Positions 1 through 13,268 of a DNA stretch of 32,000 nucleotides are shown here, piece by piece. Each line of letters opens with the position of its first letter. Position 1 is the first letter of the stretch. The notes under the pieces are model-generated. The model was not told the DNA's origin. It saw nothing but the letters and a program-made list of their open reading frames with translations, and searched no databases. The stretch is taken from positions 4,020,001-4,052,000 of the forward strand of contig NC_000962.3 in the NCBI RefSeq assembly GCF_000195955.2, written 5' to 3'. Source of the stretch: Mycobacterium tuberculosis H37Rv. GTDB taxonomy: Bacteria > Actinomycetota > Actinomycetes > Mycobacteriales > Mycobacteriaceae. The position numbers and the translations under genes are program-made.

Positions 1-128
1 TGCGGGCCTTGCCATATGCGGCCGACGACCTAGACCTGTCGATCCGCATCCTCGACGAGCTGGCCGCCCAGGACGGCGTCGCGCTGCAGATGCCGACGGT
101 GTGGCGCCGCGAGGATCCCTGGATGTGA
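1..128 (+). CDS. 3' end of an upstream gene of unknown function (partial, continues left of window; position of Rv3577 as I recall)
   Basis: The reading frame that starts at position 3 is open from the window edge to TGA at 126-128. It has 41 sense codons with a strong G/C third-position bias. No motif is recognisable in the tail RALPYAADDLDLSIRILDELAAQDGVALQMPTVWRREDPWM. Confidence 0.5.
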   Translation, partial: RALPYAADDLDLSIRILDELAAQDGVALQMPTVWRREDPWM

Positions 129-141
129 AGCGCTCTAGCCC

Positions 142-1383
142 TTGACACTTGCTGTTGCGCTGATACTGCTTGCCGTGGTCCTGGGGTTCGCGGTTGCCCG
201 CCCACGCGGCTGGCCGGAGGCAGCGGCGGCGGTTCCGGCAGCGGTCATCCTGTTAGCGATCGGGGCGATCTCGCCCCAGCAGGCGATGGCGCAGGTGTCC
301 GGGCTGGCGCGCGTGGTCGCGTTTCTGGGTGCGGTTCTGGTGCTGGCTAAGCTGTGCGACGACGAAGGCCTGTTCGAGGCAGCCGGCGCGGCCATGGCTC
401 GAGCGAGCGCGGAGTCGCACCGACTGCTACGGCAGGTGTTCGCCGTCTCGGCCGCCATCACCGCGGCGCTCTGCCTGGACGCCACCGTGGTGCTGTTGAC
501 CCCGGTGGTGCTGGCGACGGTCCGCCGGCTGCGGACCCCGGTGCGCCCCTATGCCTACGCCACCGCCCACCTAGCCAACGCCGCTTCGCTGCTGCTTCCG
601 GTGTCGAATCTGACCAACCTGCTCGCCTACCACGGTGCCGGCATCTCGTTCACCAAGTTCACGCTGCTGATGGCATTGCCTTGGCTGTCCGCCGTGGCCG
701 CGGTCTATGTGGTCTTCCGCTGGTTTTTCGCCCGGGATCTACGCGTGGTGCCGGACCGGCAGCAACTCAAGCCGGCGCCGCGCCTGCCAATGTTCGTGCT
801 GGTGGTGGTGGCGCTGACACTCGGGGGCTTCGCCGTCGCCGAGTCGGTGGGACTGGCCCCAACGTGGGCGGCGCTGGCTGGCGCCGCAGTGTTGGCGCTG
901 CGAAGTCTGCGGCGTGGACACACTTCGGTGCTGCGGATCGCGCGCGCCGTCAACGTGTCGTTCCTGGTCTTTGTGTTGGCCCTGGGTGTCGTGGTGCACG
1001 CGGTCATGCTCAACGGCATGGCCGCCAGGATGTCCGCCGTGCTGCCGACCGGGTCCGGGTTGCCCGCGCTGCTCGGCATCGCCGCGCTGGCCGCCGTGCT
1101 GGCCAACGTGGTCAACAACCTGCCCGCGACTCTGGTGTTAGTGCCGCTGGTGGCGGCCGGCGGGCCGGCGGCCGTGCTGGCCGTGCTACTCGGGGTCAAC
1201 ATCGGACCCAACCTGACCTATGCCGGTTCGCTGTCTAACCTGCTGTGGCGGGGCGTGCTGCGCCGGCACAACGTCGACGCCAGCGTCGGCGAGTACACCC
1301 GACTGGGACTGTGCACCGTGCCTGCGGCCCTGGCGATGGCGGTGCTCGCGCTGTGGGCCAGCGCCCAGGTTCTGGGGATCTAG
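142..1383 (+). CDS. arsB2: ArsB/NhaD-superfamily integral membrane permease (possible arsenical pump ArsB2)
   Basis: 413-aa ORF with TTG start at 142. The protein is extremely hydrophobic and Ala/Leu/Val-rich, with many predicted TM helices. The length equals the annotated Rv3578 as I recall it. Family assignment is by recognition, not by a catalytic motif. Confidence 0.8.
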   Translation: MTLAVALILLAVVLGFAVARPRGWPEAAAAVPAAVILLAIGAISPQQAMAQVSGLARVVAFLGAVLVLAKLCDDEGLFEAAGAAMARASAESHRLLRQVFAVSAAITAALCLDATVVLLTPVVLATVRRLRTPVRPYAYATAHLANAASLLLPVSNLTNLLAYHGAGISFTKFTLLMALPWLSAVAAVYVVFRWFFARDLRVVPDRQQLKPAPRLPMFVLVVVALTLGGFAVAESVGLAPTWAALAGAAVLALRSLRRGHTSVLRIARAVNVSFLVFVLALGVVVHAVMLNGMAARMSAVLPTGSGLPALLGIAALAAVLANVVNNLPATLVLVPLVAAGGPAAVLAVLLGVNIGPNLTYAGSLSNLLWRGVLRRHNVDASVGEYTRLGLCTVPAALAMAVLALWASAQVLGI

Positions 1384-1393
1384 CCGCAAGGGC

Positions 1394-1453
1394 GCGAGCA
1401 GACGCAGAATCGCATGATTTGAGCTCAAATCATGCGATTCTGCGTCTGCTCGC
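1394..1453. terminator. Perfect 60-bp palindrome (30-nt arms, no spacer); probable bidirectional intrinsic terminator for convergent arsB2 and the methyltransferase gene
   Basis: GCGAGCAGACGCAGAATCGCATGATTTGAG|CTCAAATCATGCGATTCTGCGTCTGCTCGC, verified base by base. It starts 10 nt after the arsB2 stop. Its right arm encodes the last nine codons and stop of the minus-strand gene. Confidence 0.6.
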
Positions 1454-2393
1454 GAGGCTCGCGTGGCCGCCGGCGCTGGCGGGCGATCTCGGCGAGCACC
1501 ACCCCAGCGGCCACCGAGGCGTTCAGTGATTCGGCCTGAGCGGCCATCGGGATGGACACCACCTCGTCACAGTTCTGCCTTACCAACCGGGACAACCCCT
1601 TGCCTTCCGACCCAACGACCACCACCAACGAGTCAGTGCCATCTACATCGTCGAGCGCGGTGCCGCCACCGGCGTCCAGTCCGATCACCCGCACTCCACG
1701 ATCGGCCCAGCCCTTCAGCGTCCTGGTGAGATTGGTGGCCCGGGCCACCGGAATCCGGGCCGCCGCCCCGGCGCTGGTGCGCCACGCCACCGCGGTCACC
1801 GACGCAGAACGGCGTTGCGGAATCAGCACCCCATGGCCACCGAACGCGGCCACCGACCGCACGATCGCACCGAGGTTGCGCGGGTCGGAAAGGTTGTCCA
1901 AAGCGACCAGCAGCGCAGGCGGTTGGTCGAGGGCGGCGGCCAGCAGGTCATCGGGATGGGCGTAGTTGTACGGTGGCACCTGTAGCGCGATGCCTTGATG
2001 GAGGTGGTTGGCGGTCATCCGATCCAGGTCGGCACGTAGCAGCTCGACGATCGCAATCCCTGAATCAGCCGCCCGCGCAACGCATTCAGTCAGTCGCTCG
2101 TCGGCCTCGGTACCAAGGGCGACGTATAGCGCGGTGGCCGGAACACCCGCGCGCAGGCATTCCAGCACTGGGTTGCGACCCAACACCGTCTCGGTCTCGT
2201 CCGCGCGCTTGACCGGGCGGCGTGGCTGTGCACGTGCCCGCTTGGCGGCGGGATGGTGGGGACGCAGGTGCGCCGGCGGGGTAGGCCCGCGCCCTTCCAG
2301 CCCACGGCGTCGCTGACCGCCCGAGCCGACGCCTGCGCCTTTCTTGGTACCGGATTTGCGGACCGCACCCCGCCGCCGAGAGTTACCGGGCAT
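1425..2393 (-). CDS. SpoU/TrmH-family RNA 2'-O-ribose methyltransferase (RlmB-like), with a basic Arg/Gly/Pro-rich N-terminal extension
   Basis: 322-aa ORF. The C-terminal half carries SpoU-type motifs ([50 protein letters not shown]). The ATG at 2393 directly abuts the cysS stop. The length fits Rv3579c. Confidence 0.85.
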   Translation of the reverse strand: MPGNSRRRGAVRKSGTKKGAGVGSGGQRRRGLEGRGPTPPAHLRPHHPAAKRARAQPRRPVKRADETETVLGRNPVLECLRAGVPATALYVALGTEADERLTECVARAADSGIAIVELLRADLDRMTANHLHQGIALQVPPYNYAHPDDLLAAALDQPPALLVALDNLSDPRNLGAIVRSVAAFGGHGVLIPQRRSASVTAVAWRTSAGAAARIPVARATNLTRTLKGWADRGVRVIGLDAGGGTALDDVDGTDSLVVVVGSEGKGLSRLVRQNCDEVVSIPMAAQAESLNASVAAGVVLAEIARQRRRPREPREQTQNRMI

Positions 2394-3803
2394 CTACTTG
2401 GTGTCACCACCCAGCAGCGACCACTGTGGCCCGTCGGCGGTGTCGGTGACCTCGATGCCGGCTCTCTTCAGCCGACCCCGGATCTCGTCGGCGAGCGCCC
2501 AGTTGCGCTGCTCGCGGGCCTTTTCCCGATTCTGTAGTTCAGCCTGGACCAGCACATCGACGGCGGCCAGCGCTGCCGAGGTTTCGTCTCGGGATTCCCA
2601 GCGCTGGTCGAGCGGGTCACAGCCCAGGATGCCCATCATCGCCCGAATCGCGCTAGCGCTTCGCAAGGCCCCGTCGTGGTCGCCGGCATCGAGTGCCCGG
2701 TTGCCTTCCGCCCGCACGTGGTGAATCTCGGCGAGCGCGATCGGAACGGACAGGTCGTCGTCGAGCGCTTCGGCGAACCGTGGGGTCGGATCGCCGGGGC
2801 AGACGGCGCCCACCCGGGTGCGAACGCGGTGCAGGAAGTCCTCTAGCCCGACATAGGCTTTCACCGCATCCTGCATAGCGGTCTCGGAGAACTCGAGCAT
2901 CGACCGGTAGTGCGCGCTGCCCAGGTAATAACGCAGCTCAGCCGGCCGCACCCGCTGCAACATCGCCGGCATGGACAACACGTTGCCCAGCGACTTGCTC
3001 ATCTTCTCCCCGCCCATCGTCACCCAGCCATTGTGCAGCCAGTAGCGGGCGAACCCATCACCGGCGGCGCGGCTCTGGGCGATTTCGTTCTCATGATGCG
3101 GGAAGACTAAATCCATTCCACCGCAATGGATATCGAATTCCGGCCCGAGATAGCTGCGAGCCATTGCCGAGCATTCCAGATGCCAGCCCGGACGCCCGCG
3201 GCCCCACGGCGTCGGCCACGACGGTTCACCCGGCTTTTCGCCCTTCCACAAAGTGAAGTCGCGCTGGTCCCGCTTGCCGGCAGCCACACCTTCGCCCTGA
3301 TGGACGTCATCGATCTTGTGACCGGATAACTGGCCGTACTCCGGGTAGCTCAGAACGTCGAAGTAAACGTCACCGCCACCGGTATACGCGTGGCCGGCCT
3401 GGATCAGGCGCTCGATCATCTCGATCATCTGGGTGATATGCCCGGTGGCGCGCGGCTCCGCGGACGGCGGCAAGACGTCCAGAGCGTCGTAGGCCGCGGT
3501 GAAGGCACGCTCGTGGGTAGCCGCCCACTCCCACCACGGCCGGCCCGCCGCGGCGGCCTTGGCCAGGATCTTGTCTTCGATGTCGGTCACGTTGCGGATA
3601 AACGCGACGTCGTAGCCACGCGCGAGCAACCATCGGCGCAGGATGTCGAAGGCGACCCCGCTGCGGACATGCCCGATATGCGGTAGGCCCTGCACCGTGG
3701 CACCGCACAGGTAGATCGAGACGTGTCCAGGTCGCAACGGGACGAAATCCCGCACGACACCGGCGGCAGTGTCGTGTAGCCGCAAGCGAGCCCGATCGGT
3801 CAC
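2394..3803 (-). CDS. cysS: Cysteinyl-tRNA synthetase
   Basis: 469 aa with class I signatures HIGH (LPHIGHVRS) and KMSKS ([10 protein letters not shown]). GTG start at 3803. Confidence 0.97.
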   Translation of the reverse strand: MTDRARLRLHDTAAGVVRDFVPLRPGHVSIYLCGATVQGLPHIGHVRSGVAFDILRRWLLARGYDVAFIRNVTDIEDKILAKAAAAGRPWWEWAATHERAFTAAYDALDVLPPSAEPRATGHITQMIEMIERLIQAGHAYTGGGDVYFDVLSYPEYGQLSGHKIDDVHQGEGVAAGKRDQRDFTLWKGEKPGEPSWPTPWGRGRPGWHLECSAMARSYLGPEFDIHCGGMDLVFPHHENEIAQSRAAGDGFARYWLHNGWVTMGGEKMSKSLGNVLSMPAMLQRVRPAELRYYLGSAHYRSMLEFSETAMQDAVKAYVGLEDFLHRVRTRVGAVCPGDPTPRFAEALDDDLSVPIALAEIHHVRAEGNRALDAGDHDGALRSASAIRAMMGILGCDPLDQRWESRDETSAALAAVDVLVQAELQNREKAREQRNWALADEIRGRLKRAGIEVTDTADGPQWSLLGGDTK

Positions 3804-3817
3804 GACGTGCCAGCTTA
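3800..3817 (-). promoter_or_regulatory. 18-nt start-site element TAAGCTGGCACGTCGTGA (candidate -10 TAAGCT at 3817-3812, then 8 nt, then the GTG of cysS); an identical copy sits at lysS
   Basis: Exact 18/18 identity with 22937-22954. It contains a TANNNT-type hexamer and the 9-nt palindrome CACGtCGTG, which includes the start codon. Confidence 0.4.
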
Positions 3818-3867
3818 CCTGCCCAATTGCTGCAACCTGCGGCGCGCGCGTCCGGACCAGGAGTGCG

Positions 3868-5586
<1,719 letters not shown>

Positions 5587-5829
5587 CTAACGGGCGCCGA
5601 ACAACGGTGCAGGTCAGGGGCATAGCGCGGGAAGATTGGGGGTTGACAGACGGGCCTAGAAGTGCATCGCCGAATCTGGGACGCCCCTGAGAACGGGGTG
5701 CCCGGGCTACCGCGCCGGTCCGGTCGACGCCGCGGTCCCCACCGCTACCGTCGGCGGCACCTAACTACTACTGTGCATAGTCGAGCCGCAGGCACCATGC
5801 CGCGCCAAGGCCGAGCAGGAGGCATCCGA

Positions 5830-6378
5830 GTGAACCGCTGCAACATCCGCCTGCGTCTTGCCGGGATGACCACCTGGGTGGCGAGCATCGCCCTGCTGGC
5901 CGCCGCACTGAGCGGTTGCGGGGCCGGTCAGATCTCCCAGACAGCGAACCAGAAGCCGGCCGTCAACGGCAATCGGCTCACCATCAACAACGTGTTGCTG
6001 CGCGACATCCGCATCCAGGCCGTCCAAACCAGCGATTTCATCCAGCCAGGCAAAGCGGTGGATCTGGTGCTGGTAGCCGTCAACCAATCACCCGACGTTT
6101 CGGACCGGCTGGTGGGCATCACCAGTGATATCGGCTCGGTGACGGTGGCCGGCGACGCTCGACTGCCCGCATCCGGGATGCTTTTTGTCGGGACGCCGGA
6201 CGGCCAGATCGTGGCGCCGGGGCCCTTGCCATCCAATCAAGCGGCCAAGGCGACCGTTAACTTGACCAAGCCGATCGCAAACGGCCTCACCTACAACTTC
6301 ACCTTCAAGTTCGAGAAGGCCGGTCAGGGCAGCGTAATGGTGCCGATCTCGGCCGGATTGGCTACGCCGCACGAATAG
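5830..6378 (+). CDS. lpqE: Lipoprotein LpqE
   Basis: GTG 5830 lies 7 nt after GGAGG. The N-terminus [30 protein letters not shown] has a signal peptide plus lipobox L-S-G-C. The product is 182 aa. The longer 238-aa ORF-track start is rejected. Confidence 0.85.
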   Translation: MNRCNIRLRLAGMTTWVASIALLAAALSGCGAGQISQTANQKPAVNGNRLTINNVLLRDIRIQAVQTSDFIQPGKAVDLVLVAVNQSPDVSDRLVGITSDIGSVTVAGDARLPASGMLFVGTPDGQIVAPGPLPSNQAAKATVNLTKPIANGLTYNFTFKFEKAGQGSVMVPISAGLATPHE

Positions 6379-6431
6379 GCGCCGCATCGTCGCCAGACGA
6401 GCGACTCGCTCGGGTTGTCACACCCCCCCGA

Positions 6432-6437
6432 TACGGT
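6432..6437 (+). promoter_or_regulatory. Candidate -10 hexamer TACGGT positioned for a leaderless radA transcript
   Basis: A TANNNT hexamer is followed by a 6-nt spacer (cacggc) and then GTG 6444. The last T therefore sits at -7 relative to the first base of the start codon. Confidence 0.4.
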
Positions 6438-6443
6438 CACGGC

Positions 6444-8967
<2,524 letters not shown>

Positions 8968-9762
8968 TTATCCGCCTTGCGCGGGAGACTCCGGCGGAGG
9001 CGCCTGCGCTGGACCCGGAGCGGGTACCGGCCCGGGCGGCGGCGGCGGCTGATTCAGGATGAACGGAACCGGCAGCGAGCGCAGATTGCCCAGTTGTACC
9101 ACGAGATTGTAGGTGCCCGGCCCGATCGCCGGCCGCGGCAATGGGCAGCGCGGCGCCGATCCCATCCCGGTCCAGGTCACCGCGGTCGTTACCTGCTCAC
9201 CGGGGGAAAACGTCTTGACCAGCGTCTCATTCGAGGGCGCGCAGTCCAGGTTGGACCACAACCGCTTGTTGTCCAGCGAGTAAACGTAGGCGGCCAACAC
9301 CGCGGCCCCAACGTCGCGTTTACAGGACACCAGGCCGATGTTGGTGACCACCATGGTGAACTTCGGCTGGTCGCCGACGTAGTACTGCGGCGCGTTGGTC
9401 AAACCTTTGACGGCCAGCGTCGAATCGGGGCAATCGTCCCCTTCCTTGAGCACCGGCGGCGGCTGCACCGCGGCGGTGGGCGTGGGTGTCTCGGGGTTTT
9501 GGCCCTGCGGCGGGGCCGCGGCGGCGTTACCTTCGGTTTGCCCGGCCGGCTGGGGTGCTTGGGGTGCCGGCGAGCCCGGATGGCTCTGGGCGGAGGCCGG
9601 CTTGTCGGCGCTGACCGGTTTGGCACCGGCGCTGCTGTCGACGAAGGCGATGACGATGGCCACCGCGATCCCGACTACGACGACCGCGATGCCCAGGGCC
9701 AGCCCCCTGCGCCGCCAGTAGATCTCGGTAGGTAGCGGGCCACGCGGTTCCAGATCCAGCAC
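8968..9762 (-). CDS. Conserved membrane protein: one TM helix, a Pro/Ala-rich linker and a Cys-containing extracytoplasmic domain (Rv3587c-like; DUF4232-like from memory)
   Basis: The ORF is open to GTG 9786 (272 aa). I prefer GTG 9762 (264 aa) because a TANNNT hexamer sits exactly 6 nt upstream of it. The TM helix is LALGIAVVVVGIAVAIVIAFV, and the C-terminus is Pro-rich. Confidence 0.75.
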   Translation of the reverse strand: MLDLEPRGPLPTEIYWRRRGLALGIAVVVVGIAVAIVIAFVDSSAGAKPVSADKPASAQSHPGSPAPQAPQPAGQTEGNAAAAPPQGQNPETPTPTAAVQPPPVLKEGDDCPDSTLAVKGLTNAPQYYVGDQPKFTMVVTNIGLVSCKRDVGAAVLAAYVYSLDNKRLWSNLDCAPSNETLVKTFSPGEQVTTAVTWTGMGSAPRCPLPRPAIGPGTYNLVVQLGNLRSLPVPFILNQPPPPPGPVPAPGPAQAPPPESPAQGG

Positions 9763-9768
9763 GATTAC

Positions 9769-9774
9769 ACCGTA
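9769..9774 (-). promoter_or_regulatory. Candidate -10 hexamer TACGGT positioned for a leaderless transcript starting at GTG 9762
   Basis: The minus strand reads TACGGT-gtaatc-GTG, the same hexamer and spacing as at radA. Confidence 0.4.
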
Positions 9775-9870
9775 GGGCCAGGTCACGCAAACGCGCTTGA
9801 CCCGCCTCGGCGTGTCGCCGGCTTCGCTGGCCGACGCCGTGTTAACGGTGGCCTGTTATCGGGCGGTAAC

Positions 9871-10494
9871 TCAGACCTCCTCGCCGATGTTGCCGATGTG
9901 GTCGCGCAGTACAGCCCGCCCATCGTCGAGTTGATAGGTGACGCCCACGATCGCCAGGCTGCCCCCTGCGATTCGTTCTGAGATGGCCGATGAACGCGCC
10001 ATGAGGATCGCCACCGTCTCGTGTACATGTCGTTGCTCGAACTCGTCGACACGACTCAGACCGTCACGGCGGCCGAGCAGGACCGACGGCGCAACCCTTT
10101 CCACGACGTCTCGCACGTAGCCGCCTGGCAGGGTGCCGTCGTTGATCGCGGCCAAAGCGGCGTTCACGGCGCCGCAGCTGTCGTGGCCGAGGACGACGAT
10201 GAGCGGCACATTGAGCACGGTCACCGCGTACTCTATGGAGCCCAGCACGGCCGAGTCGATGACATGCCCGGCGGTGCGGACCACGAACATGTCGCCCAGG
10301 CCTTGGTCGAAGATGATCTCAGCGGCCACTCGGCTGTCCGCGCAGCCGAAGATCACCGCCGTGGGCTTCTGCCCGGCGGCCAAGCCGGCTCGGTGGTCGA
10401 CGCTCTGACTGGGATGCTGGGGCCGGCCGGCGACGAATCGCTCGTTACCCTCTTTGAGTGCTTTCCACGCGGCTACCGGATTGGTGTTGGGCAT
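9871..10494 (-). CDS. canB: Beta-class carbonic anhydrase
   Basis: 207 aa with zinc-ligand motifs CADSR (FGCADSRV) and HDSCG. Confidence 0.93.
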   Translation of the reverse strand: MPNTNPVAAWKALKEGNERFVAGRPQHPSQSVDHRAGLAAGQKPTAVIFGCADSRVAAEIIFDQGLGDMFVVRTAGHVIDSAVLGSIEYAVTVLNVPLIVVLGHDSCGAVNAALAAINDGTLPGGYVRDVVERVAPSVLLGRRDGLSRVDEFEQRHVHETVAILMARSSAISERIAGGSLAIVGVTYQLDDGRAVLRDHIGNIGEEV

Positions 10495-11407
10495 GCCTCA
10501 CATACTGCCGGAACCGTCGGTGACCGGCCCGCGACACATATCAGATACCAATCTTCTCGCTTGGTATCAGCGATCGCACCGGGATCTGCCCTGGCGAGAG
10601 CCCGGTGTCAGCCCGTGGCAGATCCTGGTCAGCGAGTTCATGCTGCAGCAGACGCCGGCCGCCCGGGTGCTGGCGATCTGGCCGGACTGGGTGCGGCGGT
10701 GGCCCACGCCGTCGGCCACCGCCACGGCCAGCACCGCCGATGTGTTACGCGCCTGGGGCAAGCTGGGCTATCCCAGGCGAGCCAAGCGCTTACACGAGTG
10801 CGCCACCGTCATCGCCCGCGACCACAATGACGTGGTGCCCGACGATATCGAGATCCTGGTCACCCTGCCGGGCGTCGGGAGCTACACCGCGCGCGCGGTG
10901 GCGTGTTTCGCTTACCGCCAGCGGGTGCCGGTGGTGGACACCAATGTGCGGCGCGTGGTGGCCCGCGCCGTTCACGGCCGCGCCGACGCCGGTGCGCCAT
11001 CGGTGCCGCGCGACCACGCCGACGTCTTGGCGCTGTTGCCGCACCGCGAGACGGCGCCTGAATTTTCGGTCGCGCTGATGGAGTTGGGTGCGACGGTGTG
11101 CACCGCCCGCACACCCCGGTGCGGGTTATGCCCGCTGGACTGGTGCGCATGGCGGCATGCCGGTTATCCGCCGTCGGACGGTCCGCCGCGCCGGGGGCAG
11201 GCCTACACCGGAACCGACCGCCAAGTCCGCGGACGGTTACTGGATGTGTTGCGCGCCGCGGAGTTTCCCGTCACCCGGGCCGAGTTGGACGTGGCGTGGC
11301 TGACCGATACCGCACAGCGTGACCGGGCGCTGGAGTCGCTGCTGGCCGATGCGCTGGTGACCCGGACGGTCGATGGCCGGTTCGCGTTGCCCGGCGAAGG
11401 GTTTTAG
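10493..11407 (+). CDS. mutY: Adenine DNA glycosylase MutY
   Basis: It has an HhH-GPD motif ([12 protein letters not shown]) and a four-Cys Fe-S loop ([16 protein letters not shown]). ATG 10493 gives 304 aa. The frame is open back to TTG 10454, so the start is not certain. Confidence 0.85.
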   Translation: MPHILPEPSVTGPRHISDTNLLAWYQRSHRDLPWREPGVSPWQILVSEFMLQQTPAARVLAIWPDWVRRWPTPSATATASTADVLRAWGKLGYPRRAKRLHECATVIARDHNDVVPDDIEILVTLPGVGSYTARAVACFAYRQRVPVVDTNVRRVVARAVHGRADAGAPSVPRDHADVLALLPHRETAPEFSVALMELGATVCTARTPRCGLCPLDWCAWRHAGYPPSDGPPRRGQAYTGTDRQVRGRLLDVLRAAEFPVTRAELDVAWLTDTAQRDRALESLLADALVTRTVDGRFALPGEGF

Positions 11408-13158
11408 CCGGGTAGGCCGTCCGCACCGGCGGCGCCGAAACCGCCGGGATCACCGGGGTTGCCCGCGACGACTGTCCCAGCTCCCGCGGCGCCACCCGCG
11501 CCGCCAGCGCCGCCGGCACCTCCCTGGCCCCCGGTACCGCCCGCACCGTGGACACCTGGCTGGCTGAACATTCCGGCACCTCCGCCGGCACCTCCGGCAC
11601 CGCCCTTGCCGCCGTTGCCGCCGGCGCCGCCGGCACCACCGTTGCCGCCGTCACCGCCGACCAGGCCAGAGCCGCCCTTGCCTCCGGCGCCGCCCGAGGC
11701 ACCCGTGCCGCCGATGCCGCCGGCACCGCCGGCGCCCCCGTTACCGCCGTCGCCGAACAGCAGCCCGCCCTGACCGCCCGCACCCCCGACACCGCCGACA
11801 CCCCCGGTGCCGGCGGTGTTGGCGCCAGCCCCGCCGGGGCCGCCGTCGCCTCCGCTACCAAAAAAGGTCAGCGTGCCGGTGGCGCCGCCGCCAATGCCAC
11901 CATTGCCGCCCGCAGCCCCGGTGCCGCCCCGGCCCCCGGCGCCACCGTTGCCGCCGATCCCGTTGCCACCGTTTAGCGCTAGGCCGTTGCCCCCGTTGCC
12001 CCCGTCGCCGCCCCGGGCGCCGGCGCCACCGTCACCGCCATTGCCCCCGTTTCCCCCGTAGGCCCAGCCAGTACCGGTATTGACACCGATGCCGCCGGGT
12101 GCGCCGTTGCCGCCGGGCGCGCCGGGACCGCCGTCGCCGCCATTGCCTCCGTTGCCCCCCGTCACAGGGCCTTCACTCGTATCGCTGCCGCTGCCGCCTA
12201 AACCGCCAGCGCCGCCAGCCCGCCCTGGTACGGCACCCGGGTTGCCGGGCAGCCCTGCGCCACCGCTACCGGCGCCGTTGTTGGCGCCGGGGCTTCCGTT
12301 TGCCGCCTGGCTGGTCTGGTTCGGCGGCGGGTTCATCCCGTTGGTTCCGGGGGCACCCACCCCGCCGACGCCGCCGTCGCCGCCGGCGCCGATCAGCCCC
12401 GCGTTGCCGCCGGCACCCCCATTGCCGGGCAACCCGCCGATGACCGCGGCCCCGCCCGCCCCGCCCACACCGCCATTGCCGAACGCGCCGGCGGCGCCGC
12501 CGGCTCCTCCGTTGCCACTGACGGTCGTTCCCACCCCGCCGAACCCGCCGGCACCGCCGTTGCCGACCAGCCAGCCCGCCCCACCGGCTCCGCCCACACC
12601 GCCGGCGCCGGCGGCGTTGCTCCCGCCGGCCCCGCCATTGCCGCCGTGCCCGAACAGCCCGGCGGCGCCGCCGCTACCACCGGGCCCGCCCACACCGGCC
12701 ACACCCGACCCGCCGTTGCCGCCATTACCCCACAGCAGCCCGCCGGGCCCGCCCGGCTGCCCGGTTCCCGGCGCCCCGTCGGCACCGTTGCCGATCAACG
12801 GGCGCCCCAGTAGCGTCTGCGCGGGCCCGTTGATCAAGCCGAGCACCTGCTGCTCCACGGCTTGCAGCGGCGACGCGTTGGCGGCCTCGGCGCTGGCATA
12901 GGAGTTCACTCCCGCGTTTAACGCCTGCACGAACTGGGCATGAAACCCCGCCGCCTGGGCGCTGAGCCTCTGGTACTCCTGGGCGTGCGCGCCGAACAGC
13001 GCCGCCATCGCCGCCGACACCTCGTCCGCGGCGGCCGCTAGCACACCCGTGGTCGGGGCGGCCGCGGCGGCGTTGGCGGCATTGAGCGCCGAACCGATAC
13101 CGGCCACCTCTGAAGCCACCGACATCAGCGCTTCCGGCGCCACGATCACAAACGACAT
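11404..13158 (-). CDS. PE_PGRS58: PE-PGRS family protein
   Basis: 584 aa. It has an N-terminal PE domain ([48 protein letters not shown]...), the linker [11 protein letters not shown], then GGAGG/GGNGG repeats. GAAAGGGG lies upstream of the ATG. Confidence 0.9.
   Translation of the reverse strand: MSFVIVAPEALMSVASEVAGIGSALNAANAAAAAPTTGVLAAAADEVSAAMAALFGAHAQEYQRLSAQAAGFHAQFVQALNAGVNSYASAEAANASPLQAVEQQVLGLINGPAQTLLGRPLIGNGADGAPGTGQPGGPGGLLWGNGGNGGSGVAGVGGPGGSGGAAGLFGHGGNGGAGGSNAAGAGGVGGAGGAGWLVGNGGAGGFGGVGTTVSGNGGAGGAAGAFGNGGVGGAGGAAVIGGLPGNGGAGGNAGLIGAGGDGGVGGVGAPGTNGMNPPPNQTSQAANGSPGANNGAGSGGAGLPGNPGAVPGRAGGAGGLGGSGSDTSEGPVTGGNGGNGGDGGPGAPGGNGAPGGIGVNTGTGWAYGGNGGNGGDGGAGARGGDGGNGGNGLALNGGNGIGGNGGAGGRGGTGAAGGNGGIGGGATGTLTFFGSGGDGGPGGAGANTAGTGGVGGVGGAGGQGGLLFGDGGNGGAGGAGGIGGTGASGGAGGKGGSGLVGGDGGNGGAGGAGGNGGKGGAGGAGGGAGMFSQPGVHGAGGTGGQGGAGGAGGAGGAAGAGTVVAGNPGDPGGFGAAGADGLPG
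11407..12740 (-). repeat. PGRS degenerate tandem repeat region (Gly-Gly-Ala / Gly-Gly-Asn coding) of PE_PGRS58; boundaries approximate
   Basis: There is a visible GGC/GCC/CCG-rich periodicity, and the translation is dominated by GGxGG units. Confidence 0.8.
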
Positions 13159-13268
13159 CTGACACCCCTTTCCGCGGCGCGGCCTGACGGCCCGATCGTA
13201 GCGCGATCACGGGCCGACAAAACCCGTTATGGCCAGGCTTTTCGCCACATTGCCCGCGCCGCGTGGGC

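Noticed and set aside
354-1238. 294-aa Arg/Gly-rich alternative-frame ORF inside arsB2, and the minus-strand ORFs 705-1211 and 135-485
   Set aside because: They are nested in a convincing membrane-protein gene. Their low-complexity Arg/Ala/Gly composition is typical of off-frame translation of 65% GC DNA.
3804-3867. T-box or other riboswitch leader upstream of cysS (and lysS, 22941-23040)
   Set aside because: The gaps are only 64 and 100 nt, far shorter than T-box leaders. I see no specifier-loop or T-box consensus. The shared element sits directly on the start codons instead.
5643-5648. Perfect TTGACA (-35 consensus) in the carD-lpqE divergent region
   Set aside because: No TANNNT or TATAAT-like hexamer lies 16-19 nt downstream on the plus strand (atcgcc/tcgccg). 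This is probably a chance occurrence.
9763-9786. The longer GTG 9786 start for the Rv3587c-like gene (272 aa)
   Set aside because: No SD or -10 signal precedes it, whereas GTG 9762 has an exact leaderless-type TACGGT-N6 arrangement. It is kept as an alternative only.
11459-12901. Long Pro/Ala-rich ORFs on the plus strand (e.g. 11459-11773, 11807-12061, 12080-12901), antisense to PE_PGRS58
   Set aside because: They are mirror images of the GGC/GCC-rich PGRS repeats; Gly codons read in reverse give Pro/Ala. They have no independent start context or motifs. These are classic high-GC shadow ORFs.
11404-13158. Whether the short periodic repeats in the PE_PGRS genes could be a CRISPR array or other non-coding repeat
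   Set aside because: The repeats are degenerate, in frame, lack unique spacers of constant length, and sit inside long ORFs with canonical PE N-termini.
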